Shown: positions 47,949-58,214 of the stretch, piece after piece
How the letters are laid out: each line of letters starts with the position of its first letter
Numbering within the stretch: the first letter of the stretch is position 1
Source: a bacterium
GTDB lineage: Bacteria > JAHJDO01
Reading direction: 5' to 3'
Length of the DNA: 59,999 nucleotides
NCBI GenBank assembly: GCA_043824255.1
Contig: JBDRTG010000011.1
Location: 1-59,999, forward strand
Notes under the pieces: generated by a model
What the model was told of the DNA's origin: nothing
Seen by the model: the letters and a program-made list of their open reading frames with translations, nothing else
The model's database searches: none
Position numbers and translations under genes: made by a program

Positions 47949-49312
47949 TGCCTGAGCAGCTGCCACAGGATAGAATAAAAAATTTTGATGAAGTCGCTCT
48001 TGGATATACCGAGGACCAGGCAGTTGCAGAAGCAAAAAGATGCCTGCAATGTAAAAAAGCTCCGTGTATGCCGGGATGCCCCGTAGAAATAGATATCCCA
48101 GGATTTATAAAACTTGTTGCAGAACGCAAATTTCCTGAGGCGCTGGATATACTAAGAGAGAAGAATAATCTTCCTGCTATTTGCGGCAGGGTGTGTCCCC
48201 AGGAAACACAATGCGAAATAGTATGTACTTTGAAGAAAAAAAGCGAACCCGTTGCAATTGGGAGATTGGAAAGATTTGTTGCAGACTGGGGGAGGAAGAA
48301 TAGAGGACGGACTGCAGAGGGCAGAGGACAGACGACAGACGACAGACCACAGGCAGCAATTATAGGGGCAGGGCCAGCCGGGTTGACATGTGCTGGAGAC
48401 CTTGCAAAAACTGGTTGGAAGGTAACTATCTTTGAATCCTTGCATGCGCCTGGAGGGGTGTTAAGATACGGTATTCCTGAATTCAGGATGCCGAGAGATG
48501 TTCTTGATTATGAAATAGAATATGTTAAAAATTTGGGAGTAGAGATCAAGACAAATATTATAATTGGAAGGACTATTACAATTGAGGAATTATTTAACGT
48601 AGGCTATAAAGCTGTATTTATTGGCACAGGTGCAGGATTTCCGTATTTTCTTGGAATACCTGGTGAAAATTATAATGGTGTTTATTCTGCCAATGAATTT
48701 CTTACAAGAGCAAATCTTATGAAAGCTTACAGGTTTCCTGAATATGACACTCCAATCAAGATAGGGGAGAAGGTTGCTGTAGTTGGAGCAGGGAATGTGG
48801 CTATGGATTCAGCAAGAGTTGCGAGACGTCTTGGAGCAAAAAAAGTTTGCATAATTTATCGCCGTTCGCGTTCTGAAATGCCTGCAAGAGATGAGGAAAT
48901 TCACCATGCAGAGGAAGAGGGAATAAAACTTGATCTGCTTACATTGCCCATTGAGATAATAGGGGACGGGAAAGGTTGGGTTAAGCAGGTAAAGTGCCTC
49001 AAAATGAAACTTGGAGAACCTGATGATACAGGAAGAAGAAGACCTCTTCCCATAGATGGATCAGAGTATTTAGTAGATATAGATACAGTAGTTATTGCAA
49101 TTGGGCAAGGGCCAAATCCTCTGCTATTATCTATGACTCCCGGGTTGAAATTAACTAGAAAGGGGAATATAGTTGCTAAAAATATTACAGGAGAAACCTC
49201 TCTTGAGAGAGTATATGCTGGAGGGGACATTGTAACAGGCGCAGCCACAGTAATTGAGGCTATGGGGGCAGGTAAGAGAGTCGCTAGAGCTGTAAATGAG
49301 AAATATGGATAA
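47930..49312 (+). CDS. nfnB: NfnB / SudA (GltD-like) subunit
   Basis: RCLQC..PC..GCP, CGRVCPQE.QCE, GAGPAG, GAGNVAMD, AGGDIVTG; follows nfnA. Confidence 0.9.
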   Translation: MQKRLLMPEQLPQDRIKNFDEVALGYTEDQAVAEAKRCLQCKKAPCMPGCPVEIDIPGFIKLVAERKFPEALDILREKNNLPAICGRVCPQETQCEIVCTLKKKSEPVAIGRLERFVADWGRKNRGRTAEGRGQTTDDRPQAAIIGAGPAGLTCAGDLAKTGWKVTIFESLHAPGGVLRYGIPEFRMPRDVLDYEIEYVKNLGVEIKTNIIIGRTITIEELFNVGYKAVFIGTGAGFPYFLGIPGENYNGVYSANEFLTRANLMKAYRFPEYDTPIKIGEKVAVVGAGNVAMDSARVARRLGAKKVCIIYRRSRSEMPARDEEIHHAEEEGIKLDLLTLPIEIIGDGKGWVKQVKCLKMKLGEPDDTGRRRPLPIDGSEYLVDIDTVVIAIGQGPNPLLLSMTPGLKLTRKGNIVAKNITGETSLERVYAGGDIVTGAATVIEAMGAGKRVARAVNEKYG

Positions 49313-50024
49313 AAGTGTAAAAGAGAAGATAATTGGTATTATAGGCGGAATGGGCCCTGAAGCAACTTGTGATTTATTCAGCAGAATAATAAAACTCACC
49401 AAAGCAAAAAAAGATCAGGACCATATTCATATAATTATTGACAATAATCCTGAAATTCCAGATAGGACTCAGGCTATATTCAATAATGGAGAAAGTCCTG
49501 TTCCTGCATTGATAGAATCAGGAAGAATGCTTGAACGAGCAAAAGCAGATTTTATTATAATTCCTTGTAATACAGCGCATTTCTTCTATGATGAACTTAA
49601 AGGTCATCTTAAAATTCCAATAGTTCATATGATAAAAGAAGTTGCAAAAAAGATTCACAAAGAATTCCCAGCTGTTAGGAAAGCAGGATTACTATCTACT
49701 CAAGGCACGATAAAAGCTGGGTTGTATCAGAAAGAATTAGGTGATCTTGGTATAGAGGTAATCAAACCTGATGAGAGAGTACAGGATATGGTTACTGAAG
49801 CAATATACGGAACAGAAGGAATAAAACGCGGATATTTGGAAGGAAAGAGCAAGAAGTTAATTTATAATGCAATTGACAATCTTATAAGCAATGGCGCAGA
49901 ACTTATAATAGGTGGATGTACTGAGATTCCACTTGTGGTAGATTTAAAAACAGTTTCTCTGCCATTTATTAATTCCAATCAGGTATTAGCAGAAGTAGCT
50001 GTAAGCATGGCTAAAAGTAATTGA
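49296..50024 (+). CDS. Aspartate/amino-acid racemase
   Basis: GGMGPEAT, IPCNTAH, GCTEIP. Confidence 0.9.
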   Translation: MRNMDKSVKEKIIGIIGGMGPEATCDLFSRIIKLTKAKKDQDHIHIIIDNNPEIPDRTQAIFNNGESPVPALIESGRMLERAKADFIIIPCNTAHFFYDELKGHLKIPIVHMIKEVAKKIHKEFPAVRKAGLLSTQGTIKAGLYQKELGDLGIEVIKPDERVQDMVTEAIYGTEGIKRGYLEGKSKKLIYNAIDNLISNGAELIIGGCTEIPLVVDLKTVSLPFINSNQVLAEVAVSMAKSN

Positions 50025-51373
50025 TGCATAAGGATATAAAAAAGAAGCTTAAGCAGATTGATCTGGACCATATCTGGCATCCCTTTACTCAGATGCAGGA
50101 GTATGGAAAAGAGGAACCAGTTATAATAGAGAAAGCGTATGATTCTTTTCTTGTTGATATTGACGGTAAAAAGTATCTTGATGGTGTTTCATCCCTCTGG
50201 GTTAACATTCATGGTCACAGAAGAAAAGAAATAGACAGAGCAATAATAAAACAAATTAAGAAGGTGTCTCATACAACGCTTCTTGGATTGTCCAATACGC
50301 AGACAATATGTCTGGCTAAGAAACTTGTTGAGATTACACCTCCAAATCTTAAAAGGGTATTTTTCTCTGACAATGGTTCTACAGGAATAGAAATAGCCTT
50401 AAAAATAGGTTTTCAATACTGGCAACAGAAGGGAGAATCTCAAAAAAACAAGTTTGTCTCCTTTATTGGAGGATATCATGGAGATACTTTGGGCGCAGTT
50501 AGTGTTGGTGGTATGGATCTCTTTCATAAGAAATATAAACCGCTTTTATTTAGCAGCTTTAAAGTACCATATCCATATTGTTATAGATGCTCAAAAACAT
50601 TTCGGCTATGTAATATGGCTTGTTTAAAGGGATTAAAAAATATACTAGAGCGAAAACACGAAAAAATTATTGGTGTAATTATAGAGCCGTTGGTACAGTG
50701 CGCAGGAGGAATCATAGTAGCTCCAAAGGGTTTTCTGAGGGCAGTAAGCAAATTATGTAAAAAGCACGGTGTTCTCTTGATAGCAGACGAAGTAGCTACG
50801 GGTTTTGGCAGAACAGGAAAGATGTTTGCTTGTGAGCATGAAAAAGAGAGACCCGACATTATGGTCGTTGCTAAGGGGATAACAGGTGGATATCTTCCTC
50901 TAGCAGCTACATTAACTACAGAAGAAATCTATAATCAGTTTTTGGGGGAGTACGATGAGCATAGAACTTTCTATCACGGACATAGTTATACCGGAAACTC
51001 TCTTGCCTGCGCAGCTGCACTGGCAAATATAAGGATTTTTGAAGAAGACAGAGTTCTTGAATCTCTGGAAGAAAAGATAGAATTTTTACAGGTAGGGCTT
51101 AAAGGATTTAATAAACTGGCTCATGTGGGAGATATCAGAGAAAAGGGGATGATAATAGGAATTGAGTTGGTTGAGGACAAGGATAGCCGGAAACAATATC
51201 CTTCAGGAGCGCGAATAGGGCATAAAGTGATTCTAGAGGCTAGAAAAAGGGGATTGATTATTCGTCCTCTGGAAGACGTTATTGTCTTAATGCCTCCGTT
51301 GAGTATTAGAATTAAAGAACTTAGTCAGATTCTAAAGATAACCTATGATTCCATTCAGGCAGTTACAGAATAA
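50021..51373 (+). CDS. bioA: Adenosylmethionine-8-amino-7-oxononanoate aminotransferase
   Basis: IWHPFTQM, SSLWVNIHGH, YHGDT, DEVATGFGRTG, KGITGGYLP, HGHSYTGN. Confidence 0.94.
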   Translation: MMHKDIKKKLKQIDLDHIWHPFTQMQEYGKEEPVIIEKAYDSFLVDIDGKKYLDGVSSLWVNIHGHRRKEIDRAIIKQIKKVSHTTLLGLSNTQTICLAKKLVEITPPNLKRVFFSDNGSTGIEIALKIGFQYWQQKGESQKNKFVSFIGGYHGDTLGAVSVGGMDLFHKKYKPLLFSSFKVPYPYCYRCSKTFRLCNMACLKGLKNILERKHEKIIGVIIEPLVQCAGGIIVAPKGFLRAVSKLCKKHGVLLIADEVATGFGRTGKMFACEHEKERPDIMVVAKGITGGYLPLAATLTTEEIYNQFLGEYDEHRTFYHGHSYTGNSLACAAALANIRIFEEDRVLESLEEKIEFLQVGLKGFNKLAHVGDIREKGMIIGIELVEDKDSRKQYPSGARIGHKVILEARKRGLIIRPLEDVIVLMPPLSIRIKELSQILKITYDSIQAVTE

Positions 51374-51884
51374 TTATATCTATAGGCTTATAATTGCATT
51401 GGCAGTGTCTGTCTGTTTTCTTATTACATCGTGTGCCAGAAGTAAGCCACGGATAACACTTGACAGACATCCTCAGGCTCCGGATTTTGCGCTAACGAGT
51501 ATTGATGGTGATAGAGTCTCGCTCTCTTCATTCATTGGCAAAGTTGTTATTCTGGAGTTCTGGTATAGCTGGGATCCTCTTTCAAAAAAACAGGCAGAAT
51601 ACTTGCAGTATATAAAAAATATTTATGAAGAACGAGGGGTTGTAATTTTGTCAGTTGTAATGGATGAAGAGAGTTTGTATCCTGCAAAGTTGTTCGCGAA
51701 AAAATTTGGCATAACATATAAAGTTCTTATAGGAGAGAAGTATGTATATGAGCTATATGGAGGCATTAGAAGTTTTCCGACTATATTTATGATTGATAGG
51801 CAAGGCAGAATATATGGAAAGGGATTTGGTTTGCAAAGACTGGAAGTGTTGGAACCTGTTATCTCAAAATTGTTAGAGGAGTAA
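51345..51884 (+). CDS. TlpA/redoxin-family lipoprotein lacking CxxC
   Basis: APDFAL, GKVVILEFW, FPT.F.IDR.G; active-site region reads WDPLS. Confidence 0.75.
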   Translation: MIPFRQLQNNYIYRLIIALAVSVCFLITSCARSKPRITLDRHPQAPDFALTSIDGDRVSLSSFIGKVVILEFWYSWDPLSKKQAEYLQYIKNIYEERGVVILSVVMDEESLYPAKLFAKKFGITYKVLIGEKYVYELYGGIRSFPTIFMIDRQGRIYGKGFGLQRLEVLEPVISKLLEE

Positions 51885-51888
51885 CTTA

Positions 51889-52998
51889 ATGAACAGTGCA
51901 ATTGCTGAGAGAATGTCCTTGATAGATTCTTCCGGGATAAGGAAGGTTTTTGCTTTGGCATCTAAATTAAAGAACCCGGTAAATCTGAGTATAGGCCAGC
52001 CACATTTTGATGTGCCAGAAGAGGTCAAAAAAGCTGCTATACAAGCAATTCAAGATGGATTGAATAAGTATACGCTTACTCAGGGTATCCCGGAATTGAG
52101 GGAAAAGATTAAGGCTCAGCAAAAGGGGAAAAGAAATATAGATCTTGAAGAGATAATGATTAGTTCTGGTACATCAGGACTGCTTCTACTGGCCTTTATG
52201 TGTCTTATTAACCCTGGTGATGAAGTTATTGTATTTGACCCTTACTTTGTAATGTATAAACACCTGATTAGAATAGTTGGAGGTATCCCTGTTTTTATTG
52301 ATACATACCCATCATTTAATATTCCTGTTGATAAGGTTGATCAGGCTATATCTAAAAAAACTAAAATTATTGTCCTAAACAGTCCATGCAACCCAACAGG
52401 AGCTGTATATAGTAAAGATCAGTTAAAAAATCTTGTGCATATAGCTAACAAACGCAATATTCTTATAATTTCAGATGAAATTTATAATGAGTTTGTTTAC
52501 GGAGAAGATTCTGTTTCAATTGCAGAAATCTATGAAAACACATTAGTACTGAACGGATTTTCAAAGACCTATGCTATGACAGGATGGAGACTTGGCTGGG
52601 CTGGGGGTCCGAAATGGCTGTTGGATGAGATGATTAAATTGCAGCAGTATACTTTTGTTTGCGCCCCTTCAATTGTTCAATATAGTGGGCTTAAAGCCAT
52701 GGATTATAACGTCTCTCACTTAATAGATTCATATAAAAAGAAAAGAGATTTGATGTATAATGGCTTAAAGGATTATTTTGAGATATTAAAGCCAGAAGGT
52801 GCATTTTATATGTTTGTAAAGACTCCGGATGGGGTGACTGATGAAGAATTTGTTAGCGAAGCTGTGGAGAACAATTTATTAGTCATACCGGGAAGTGTGT
52901 TCTCGGAAAGAAATACCCATTTTCGCATCTGTTATGCTGCAGAGAACAAAGTGCTCTATAAAGGCATAGAAATTCTCAGAAACTTGTCAAGGAAGTAA
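51889..52998 (+). CDS. Class I/II PLP aminotransferase
   Basis: NSPCNPTG, SDEIY, GFSKTYAMTGWRLG. Confidence 0.92.
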   Translation: MNSAIAERMSLIDSSGIRKVFALASKLKNPVNLSIGQPHFDVPEEVKKAAIQAIQDGLNKYTLTQGIPELREKIKAQQKGKRNIDLEEIMISSGTSGLLLLAFMCLINPGDEVIVFDPYFVMYKHLIRIVGGIPVFIDTYPSFNIPVDKVDQAISKKTKIIVLNSPCNPTGAVYSKDQLKNLVHIANKRNILIISDEIYNEFVYGEDSVSIAEIYENTLVLNGFSKTYAMTGWRLGWAGGPKWLLDEMIKLQQYTFVCAPSIVQYSGLKAMDYNVSHLIDSYKKKRDLMYNGLKDYFEILKPEGAFYMFVKTPDGVTDEEFVSEAVENNLLVIPGSVFSERNTHFRICYAAENKVLYKGIEILRNLSRK

Positions 52999-52999
52999 T

Positions 53000-53749
53000 A
53001 TGTCTAATTTGTCTGCAATAGTTTTGACCTATAATTCATCCGACACGTTAGAGAAATGTCTTGAAAGCATTAAATGGATAACCGACATAGTTATAGTAGA
53101 TTCTGGAAGCACAGATAGAACAATTGAAATAGCTAAAACGTACACTGACAGAGTATATTATAACAAGTACGTAAACTATGGAAGACAACTGAATTGGGCA
53201 CTGAAGAAGATAGCGAGTGACTGGATATTGGTAGTTGACTCTGACGAAGCAGTAACAGCTGAGTTATCCAAGAACATAGAAAAGCTTATAAAAAACAGCC
53301 CTGCTCTGAATGGCTATTACATAGCCCGCAAAAATTGCTTTTTAGGAAAACAAGTTAACTATTGCGGATGGTATCCTGACCATGTTTTACGGCTATTTCG
53401 GCGTGAGGAATCAGTATACAAAGACAGGGAATTAGGTTCCAGTGTTGAGTTGAAAGGTGAAAAAGGCTATTTATGTGGAGATCTGATTCATCAACCATAT
53501 CTCAATCTGGAACATTATTTTCAGAAGTTTAATAAATATACTGATTTGGCTGCTAAAGAGATATTAAAGAGGAAACATAAGATAAGAATATTCCATTTAG
53601 TTCTGTGGCCTTTTGGTAAGTTCTTCAAAATGTATATTCTTAAAAGGGGTTTTCTGGATGGAGCTGTAGGAATAGTAGTGTGTGCGTTAGGTTCTTTTTA
53701 CGTGTTCTCTAAATATGCAAAAGCGTGGGAAAGAAAATGCCAGAGATAA
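53000..53749 (+). CDS. GT2 glycosyltransferase (WaaE/KdtX-like)
   Basis: VDSGSTD, VDSDE, WYPD, RGFLDG. Confidence 0.87.
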   Translation: MSNLSAIVLTYNSSDTLEKCLESIKWITDIVIVDSGSTDRTIEIAKTYTDRVYYNKYVNYGRQLNWALKKIASDWILVVDSDEAVTAELSKNIEKLIKNSPALNGYYIARKNCFLGKQVNYCGWYPDHVLRLFRREESVYKDRELGSSVELKGEKGYLCGDLIHQPYLNLEHYFQKFNKYTDLAAKEILKRKHKIRIFHLVLWPFGKFFKMYILKRGFLDGAVGIVVCALGSFYVFSKYAKAWERKCQR

Positions 53750-54777
53750 ATACCATGCAAGTTAAAAAAATTGTTATCAGAGGTGTTAACTGGATAGGTG
53801 ATGCTATTATGACTACGCCGGCAATAACACAACTGGCAGAGAATTTTCCGGATGCAAAAATTACTATTGTTATAAAAGAATGGGTTAAAGATGTGTTTAT
53901 TGGCAATCCATTTATTGACGATATTATTGTTTGCAATCCAAAGAACCTGATCGGATACATCAGATTGATTAAGAAGTTAAGAAAGGAAAGATTTGATATA
54001 GGGATAGTGTTCCCTAATTCTTTTAGTTCAGCACTATTTTTATTTTTACTTGGCACAAAGTATAGAGTGGGATATAAGACGGATTGTAGAGGCATGTTTT
54101 TAAACATAAAGACTCTACGCACAGCAGATTTGGAGTTTGAAAAATTCAGGATAGATTATTTTTTGAATGTAGCTAATTTAATAGGTGAAAAGCAAGCAGA
54201 CAGAGAACTAGTTCTTAATGTTTCAAGAGATGCCCAAACCTTTGCAAAAAATTTTCTTAAGGAAAATAAGATAGATGAAACAAATACAATAATAGGATTT
54301 AATCCTGGAGCTGCGTATGGGAAAGCAAAGTGCTGGTCTGCTAAAAAATACGCAGAATTAGGCAACAAATTGATCAGTGCTTATAATGCAAAATTAGTTT
54401 TGTTTGGCGGTTCGCACGATCAAAGTGTTGTAAATGTGCTGGCAAAAGGATTAAGAAACAAATGCGCTATAGCAGCTGGAAAGACAACTCTTCAGGATAG
54501 CATAGGTCTGGTTAATAAATGCAAATTATTTGTAACAGGGGATACAGGGCCTCTGTATATTGCATCTGCGTTAAGAGTTCCAACACTGGCAATCTTTGGT
54601 CCGACGAATCCAAATACGGTTGCAATTCCATCTGAAAAATTACAGATAATATATAAGAGAGTTAGCTGCTCACCGTGCTTTCTTCGAGAATGTCCAAATG
54701 ACCACAGATGTATGGATGAAGTGAGTGTGGAAGAAGTGTTTGCTGAGATTTCAAGAATGATAGAGAAATTTGTGTAA
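53725..54777 (+). CDS. waaF: LPS heptosyltransferase II
   Basis: NWIGDAIM, PNSFSSA, NPGAAYGKAK.W, DTGP, FGPT. Confidence 0.88.
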   Translation: MGKKMPEINTMQVKKIVIRGVNWIGDAIMTTPAITQLAENFPDAKITIVIKEWVKDVFIGNPFIDDIIVCNPKNLIGYIRLIKKLRKERFDIGIVFPNSFSSALFLFLLGTKYRVGYKTDCRGMFLNIKTLRTADLEFEKFRIDYFLNVANLIGEKQADRELVLNVSRDAQTFAKNFLKENKIDETNTIIGFNPGAAYGKAKCWSAKKYAELGNKLISAYNAKLVLFGGSHDQSVVNVLAKGLRNKCAIAAGKTTLQDSIGLVNKCKLFVTGDTGPLYIASALRVPTLAIFGPTNPNTVAIPSEKLQIIYKRVSCSPCFLRECPNDHRCMDEVSVEEVFAEISRMIEKFV

Positions 54778-55514
54778 TGGAAAGTCTATTCTTTGCAATA
54801 AATTTTTTAACTATTCTTCCATTTGAGAAGTTCTCAAAAAATATTAAAGAAGAGAAAATAAAGGACTCCGTCCTGTTTTTTCCTGTTGTTGGCATACTTC
54901 TTGGATTGCTGCTTTCTACTGTCCACTTAATCCTTAGAAACATGTTCTCTCCACTTGTGTTGGGTGCGTTTATTGTAACGATACTTGCAATACTAACAGG
55001 AGGACTGCATCTGGACGGATTTATAGATTCTGTAGACGGCTTATTCGGCGGCAAGAATAAAGATGATATTCTAAGGATAATGAAGGATCATAATGTGGGC
55101 GCATTCGGCGTTATTGGGGTAGTATGCTTGTTAATGCTAAAATTTGCGCTTATAGGTTCTCTTTCTAAGGATATATTTTTAAAGGCAGTGTTCATAATGC
55201 CTGTTCTTTCCAGGAGTAGCATGAGTTTTGTTTTATTATTAACGCCAAGTTCAAAGAGTAATGGATTAGGAAATGCTTTTGCAGGAGAAAGGAAAGCAGT
55301 GTATTGGTTAATTCCTGTACTCATTTCTTATATTCTTGCAATCTTGCTGTTCGGAGTAAAAGGAAATTTCATCACTTTTTTCGTTTTTTTGTTTGCACTT
55401 ATTGTGCGAGGATATTTTTTAAGGAAGATAGGTGGTGTTACAGGAGATACTCTGGGCATGTTGAATGAGTTAGTAGAGGTGTTTGTTCTGTTTTGCGTGC
55501 GGGGATTTTCATGA
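54777..55514 (+). CDS. cobS: Adenosylcobinamide-GDP ribazoletransferase
   Basis: FLTILP, TGGLHLDG..D..DG, IMKD..VGAFG, GGVTGD.LG. Confidence 0.92.
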   Translation: MESLFFAINFLTILPFEKFSKNIKEEKIKDSVLFFPVVGILLGLLLSTVHLILRNMFSPLVLGAFIVTILAILTGGLHLDGFIDSVDGLFGGKNKDDILRIMKDHNVGAFGVIGVVCLLMLKFALIGSLSKDIFLKAVFIMPVLSRSSMSFVLLLTPSSKSNGLGNAFAGERKAVYWLIPVLISYILAILLFGVKGNFITFFVFLFALIVRGYFLRKIGGVTGDTLGMLNELVEVFVLFCVRGFS

Positions 55515-56446
55515 GCATATTAGTAGTAGGTTCTGTTGCTTTGGATTCTGTCAGGACTCCATTTAAAGAAGTAAATGATGCTCTGGGCGGTTCAGCATCT
55601 TACTTTGCATATGCAGCAAGCTATTTTGGAGAAGTCAGTTTGGTAGCAGCAATAGGACGCGACTTTCCACAGCAGTATATGGATCTGTTTAATAAAAAAG
55701 GAATAGATATTACCGGGTTGGAAAAAAAAGAGGGTAAAACATTCAGATGGTCAGGAGTTTATAAGAAAGACATTAATCAAAGAGAAACATTATCTGTGGA
55801 TCTGGGTGTTTTAGGGGACTTCTATCCTGAACTTTCAGATAGACACAGGAAATCGGACTATGTTTTTCTCGCAAATATTGATCCTGGACTTCAGCTCCAT
55901 GTCTTAAATCAGATTGAAAATCCGAAACTGGTTGTTTGCGACACAATGGATATTTGGATAGAGAATAAAAAGAGCGAACTTCTGGAGGTATTTAAGCGAG
56001 TAGATGTAGTTCTGCTGAACGATAGTGAGGCAAGACAGCTGGTTAAAGAATCTAATCTTGTGAAAGCAGCCGATAAAATATTAAAGTTGGGTGCAAGATA
56101 TGTGGTGATAAAAAAGGGGGAACATGGAGTGATGTTCTTTAGTAAGAACACATGTTTTGCTTTACCAGCGTATCCAGTAAAAAACGTGCTTGATCCTACA
56201 GGCGCAGGAGACAGTTTTGGCGGCGGATTCTTGGGTTACATTTCCAAGGTGGATCCTGATGAATATCTGGACACTGCCATTCGTAATGCCCTGGTTTATG
56301 GAACAATAATAGCATCTTTCACTGTGGAGGATTTTAGCCTTAACAGGTTAATAACTCTTAAAGAACATGAAATAAAAAAACGTATCGAGGAGTTCAGGAA
56401 GATACTAGAGACAGAGAATTTGACACAGTCTTTTGGCTGTGTATAA
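55511..56446 (+). CDS. PfkB-family sugar kinase
   Basis: VGSVALD, GGSASY, KKGEHG, DPTGAGDSFGGG. Confidence 0.9.
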   Translation: MSILVVGSVALDSVRTPFKEVNDALGGSASYFAYAASYFGEVSLVAAIGRDFPQQYMDLFNKKGIDITGLEKKEGKTFRWSGVYKKDINQRETLSVDLGVLGDFYPELSDRHRKSDYVFLANIDPGLQLHVLNQIENPKLVVCDTMDIWIENKKSELLEVFKRVDVVLLNDSEARQLVKESNLVKAADKILKLGARYVVIKKGEHGVMFFSKNTCFALPAYPVKNVLDPTGAGDSFGGGFLGYISKVDPDEYLDTAIRNALVYGTIIASFTVEDFSLNRLITLKEHEIKKRIEEFRKILETENLTQSFGCV

Positions 56447-56447
56447 T
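56420..56447 (+). promoter_or_regulatory. tRNA promoter
   Basis: TTGACA-N16-TATAAT, overlapping the pfkB stop codon. Confidence 0.8.
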
Positions 56448-56459
56448 GGATTTTGCAGT

Positions 56460-56530
56460 GCGGGTGTAGTTCAGTGGTAGAACTTTAGCCTTCCAAGCTA
56501 ATAGCGTGGGTTCGATTCCCATCACCCGCT
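56460..56530 (+). tRNA. tRNA-Gly (TCC)
   Basis: Cloverleaf GCGGGTG/CACCCGC, GTTC/GAAC, TTAGC-CTTCCAA-GCTAA, GTGGG-TTCGATT-CCCAT; followed by CCG, so CCA is not fully encoded. Confidence 0.96.
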
Positions 56531-56547
56531 CCGATTGCCTGTTGTTC

Positions 56548-56576
56548 TTGACAATATAAAATGACAATGATAGAAT
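56548..56576 (+). promoter_or_regulatory. Promoter of the pilus operon
   Basis: TTGACA-N17-TAGAAT with TG extension. Confidence 0.75.
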
Positions 56577-56599
56577 CCCACTAAAAATACGGATGCTGT

Positions 56600-58210
56600 A
56601 TGATTAAGACTAAAAGTGGAATAGGGCTTGATATTGGAAGTAATTCCGTTAAGATTGCAGGGCTTGTAAAATCTTCTCAAGGAATAGAGCTTGAGAATGC
56701 AAGTATTGTCAGTATAAAGACAAAGGATGGAAGGCCAAAAGAGGAAAATATACTCTCAGCGCTTACGGAGGCAATCGCTCCTTTCGGGAAACTTATAAGA
56801 TCCCAGCTAGTAGTATCCATGCCTGGACGTTCTGTTATTGTCCGGTATTTTAAGGTTCCATCTGTGGGAGCAAGCAGGATAAGACAGATCATAAAGTACG
56901 AAGCCCAACAACAAGTTCCCTTTCCATTAGAAGAGGTTATTTGGGACTATCAGATTTTAGAAGATGATGATAAAAAGGCTCCTGAAATAAATGTTGTCTT
57001 AGTTGCTGTAAAATCAGGGCTGATTAGTGATCTTCTAGCCAGAATTTCCGGAGTAGGAATAGCCGCGGATCTAATCGAAGCTACTTCATTTGCAGTGTTT
57101 AATTGTGCTAAATTTAATGATATATTAGATAATGGACAGGCCATACTGGTAGATATAGGAGCAACATCAACGGATATTAGTGTTGCAAAAGGGAAGCAGC
57201 TAGTTTTTACTAGATCAATACATATCGCAGGAAATGATATTACTAGAGCAATTCAAAAGGAGAGAAGCATAGGGTTTGAAGATGCTGAGAAGGTAAAGTT
57301 TAAAAAAGAAGACCTTGGCGCAGCTGTATCTGTTTTGGAAACTTTGAGTGATGAGATACATCGGTCAATTAGCTTTTATATGTCTCAGATGGATAGAAAA
57401 TCAGAATTTAGGAAGGTCGTTTTAACTGGACAGACTTCTAATTTAAAAGAGATTGCAGCGTTTCTATCTAATAATCTCAAAATGGAAGTAGTCGGACTAA
57501 ACCCTTTTTCAAATATTCTAATTAGTAATAAGAGAGTACTGAATATTGTTGATCAAAATCCCAATGTTTGGAGTGTTGCTATTGGATCTGCGTTAACAGC
57601 ACTTGGTGAATCTGATACAAAAGCAAACCTTCTTCCTCCAGAACTAATTACAGAGAAGAAACTTAAGAAGAAACGAGTACCATTAATTATGTCAGCGGTT
57701 TTGCTAATATTAATCTTTATAACAGTGCATATATTTACACTCCAGAGTTATACGATTAAGGACTCCAAGCTTCAGAGGATAAATGATATATTGAAGAAAT
57801 ACGACTCTTTTATCCCGAGAATGAATGAGTTAAAGGAGGAGAGAACAAAGATTAAACAAAGATTGAATGTTTCTAAGTCTGTAATTCTAAAAAGAGATTT
57901 GTGGGCTAGAACACTAATGGAAATAAGCAGACTTATCCCTTCTAGTATTGTTATTTCACAATTTTCTTCTGCTGCGAAAGAGGGAAGTAGTGCTATGTCA
58001 GTAGTCGGAGTAGCCGACTCATACCCTGCTATAGATAATTTTATTTCTCGATTGAAGTTTTCACCGTATTTTGAAGATGTTGAATTGATCAATTACAAAG
58101 AGACTAAGGTTATGCCTGAAGTTAATAAAAGCACAGAAAAGGGTGGGGCTAAGACGCTTGAACTAGTTAAAGTCCAATTTGAGTTAAATTTTGCATTAAA
58201 GAGGGAATAG
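56600..58210 (+). CDS. pilM: Type IV pilus PilM fused to a PilN-like domain
   Basis: GLDIGSNSVK, EAQQQVPF, VDIGA, AGNDIT, VLTG, A.G.AL; then NLLP, a TM, coiled coil and LKFSPYF.DV. Confidence 0.87.
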   Translation: MIKTKSGIGLDIGSNSVKIAGLVKSSQGIELENASIVSIKTKDGRPKEENILSALTEAIAPFGKLIRSQLVVSMPGRSVIVRYFKVPSVGASRIRQIIKYEAQQQVPFPLEEVIWDYQILEDDDKKAPEINVVLVAVKSGLISDLLARISGVGIAADLIEATSFAVFNCAKFNDILDNGQAILVDIGATSTDISVAKGKQLVFTRSIHIAGNDITRAIQKERSIGFEDAEKVKFKKEDLGAAVSVLETLSDEIHRSISFYMSQMDRKSEFRKVVLTGQTSNLKEIAAFLSNNLKMEVVGLNPFSNILISNKRVLNIVDQNPNVWSVAIGSALTALGESDTKANLLPPELITEKKLKKKRVPLIMSAVLLILIFITVHIFTLQSYTIKDSKLQRINDILKKYDSFIPRMNELKEERTKIKQRLNVSKSVILKRDLWARTLMEISRLIPSSIVISQFSSAAKEGSSAMSVVGVADSYPAIDNFISRLKFSPYFEDVELINYKETKVMPEVNKSTEKGGAKTLELVKVQFELNFALKRE

Positions 58211-58214
58211 AAGA

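Noticed and set aside
47930..49312. Glutamate synthase small subunit
   Set aside because: No large subunit nearby; pairing with an NfnA-type gene indicates NfnAB
56460..56600. tRNA-Gly as an island integration site
   Set aside because: No integrase and no duplicated tRNA 3' end seen in the window
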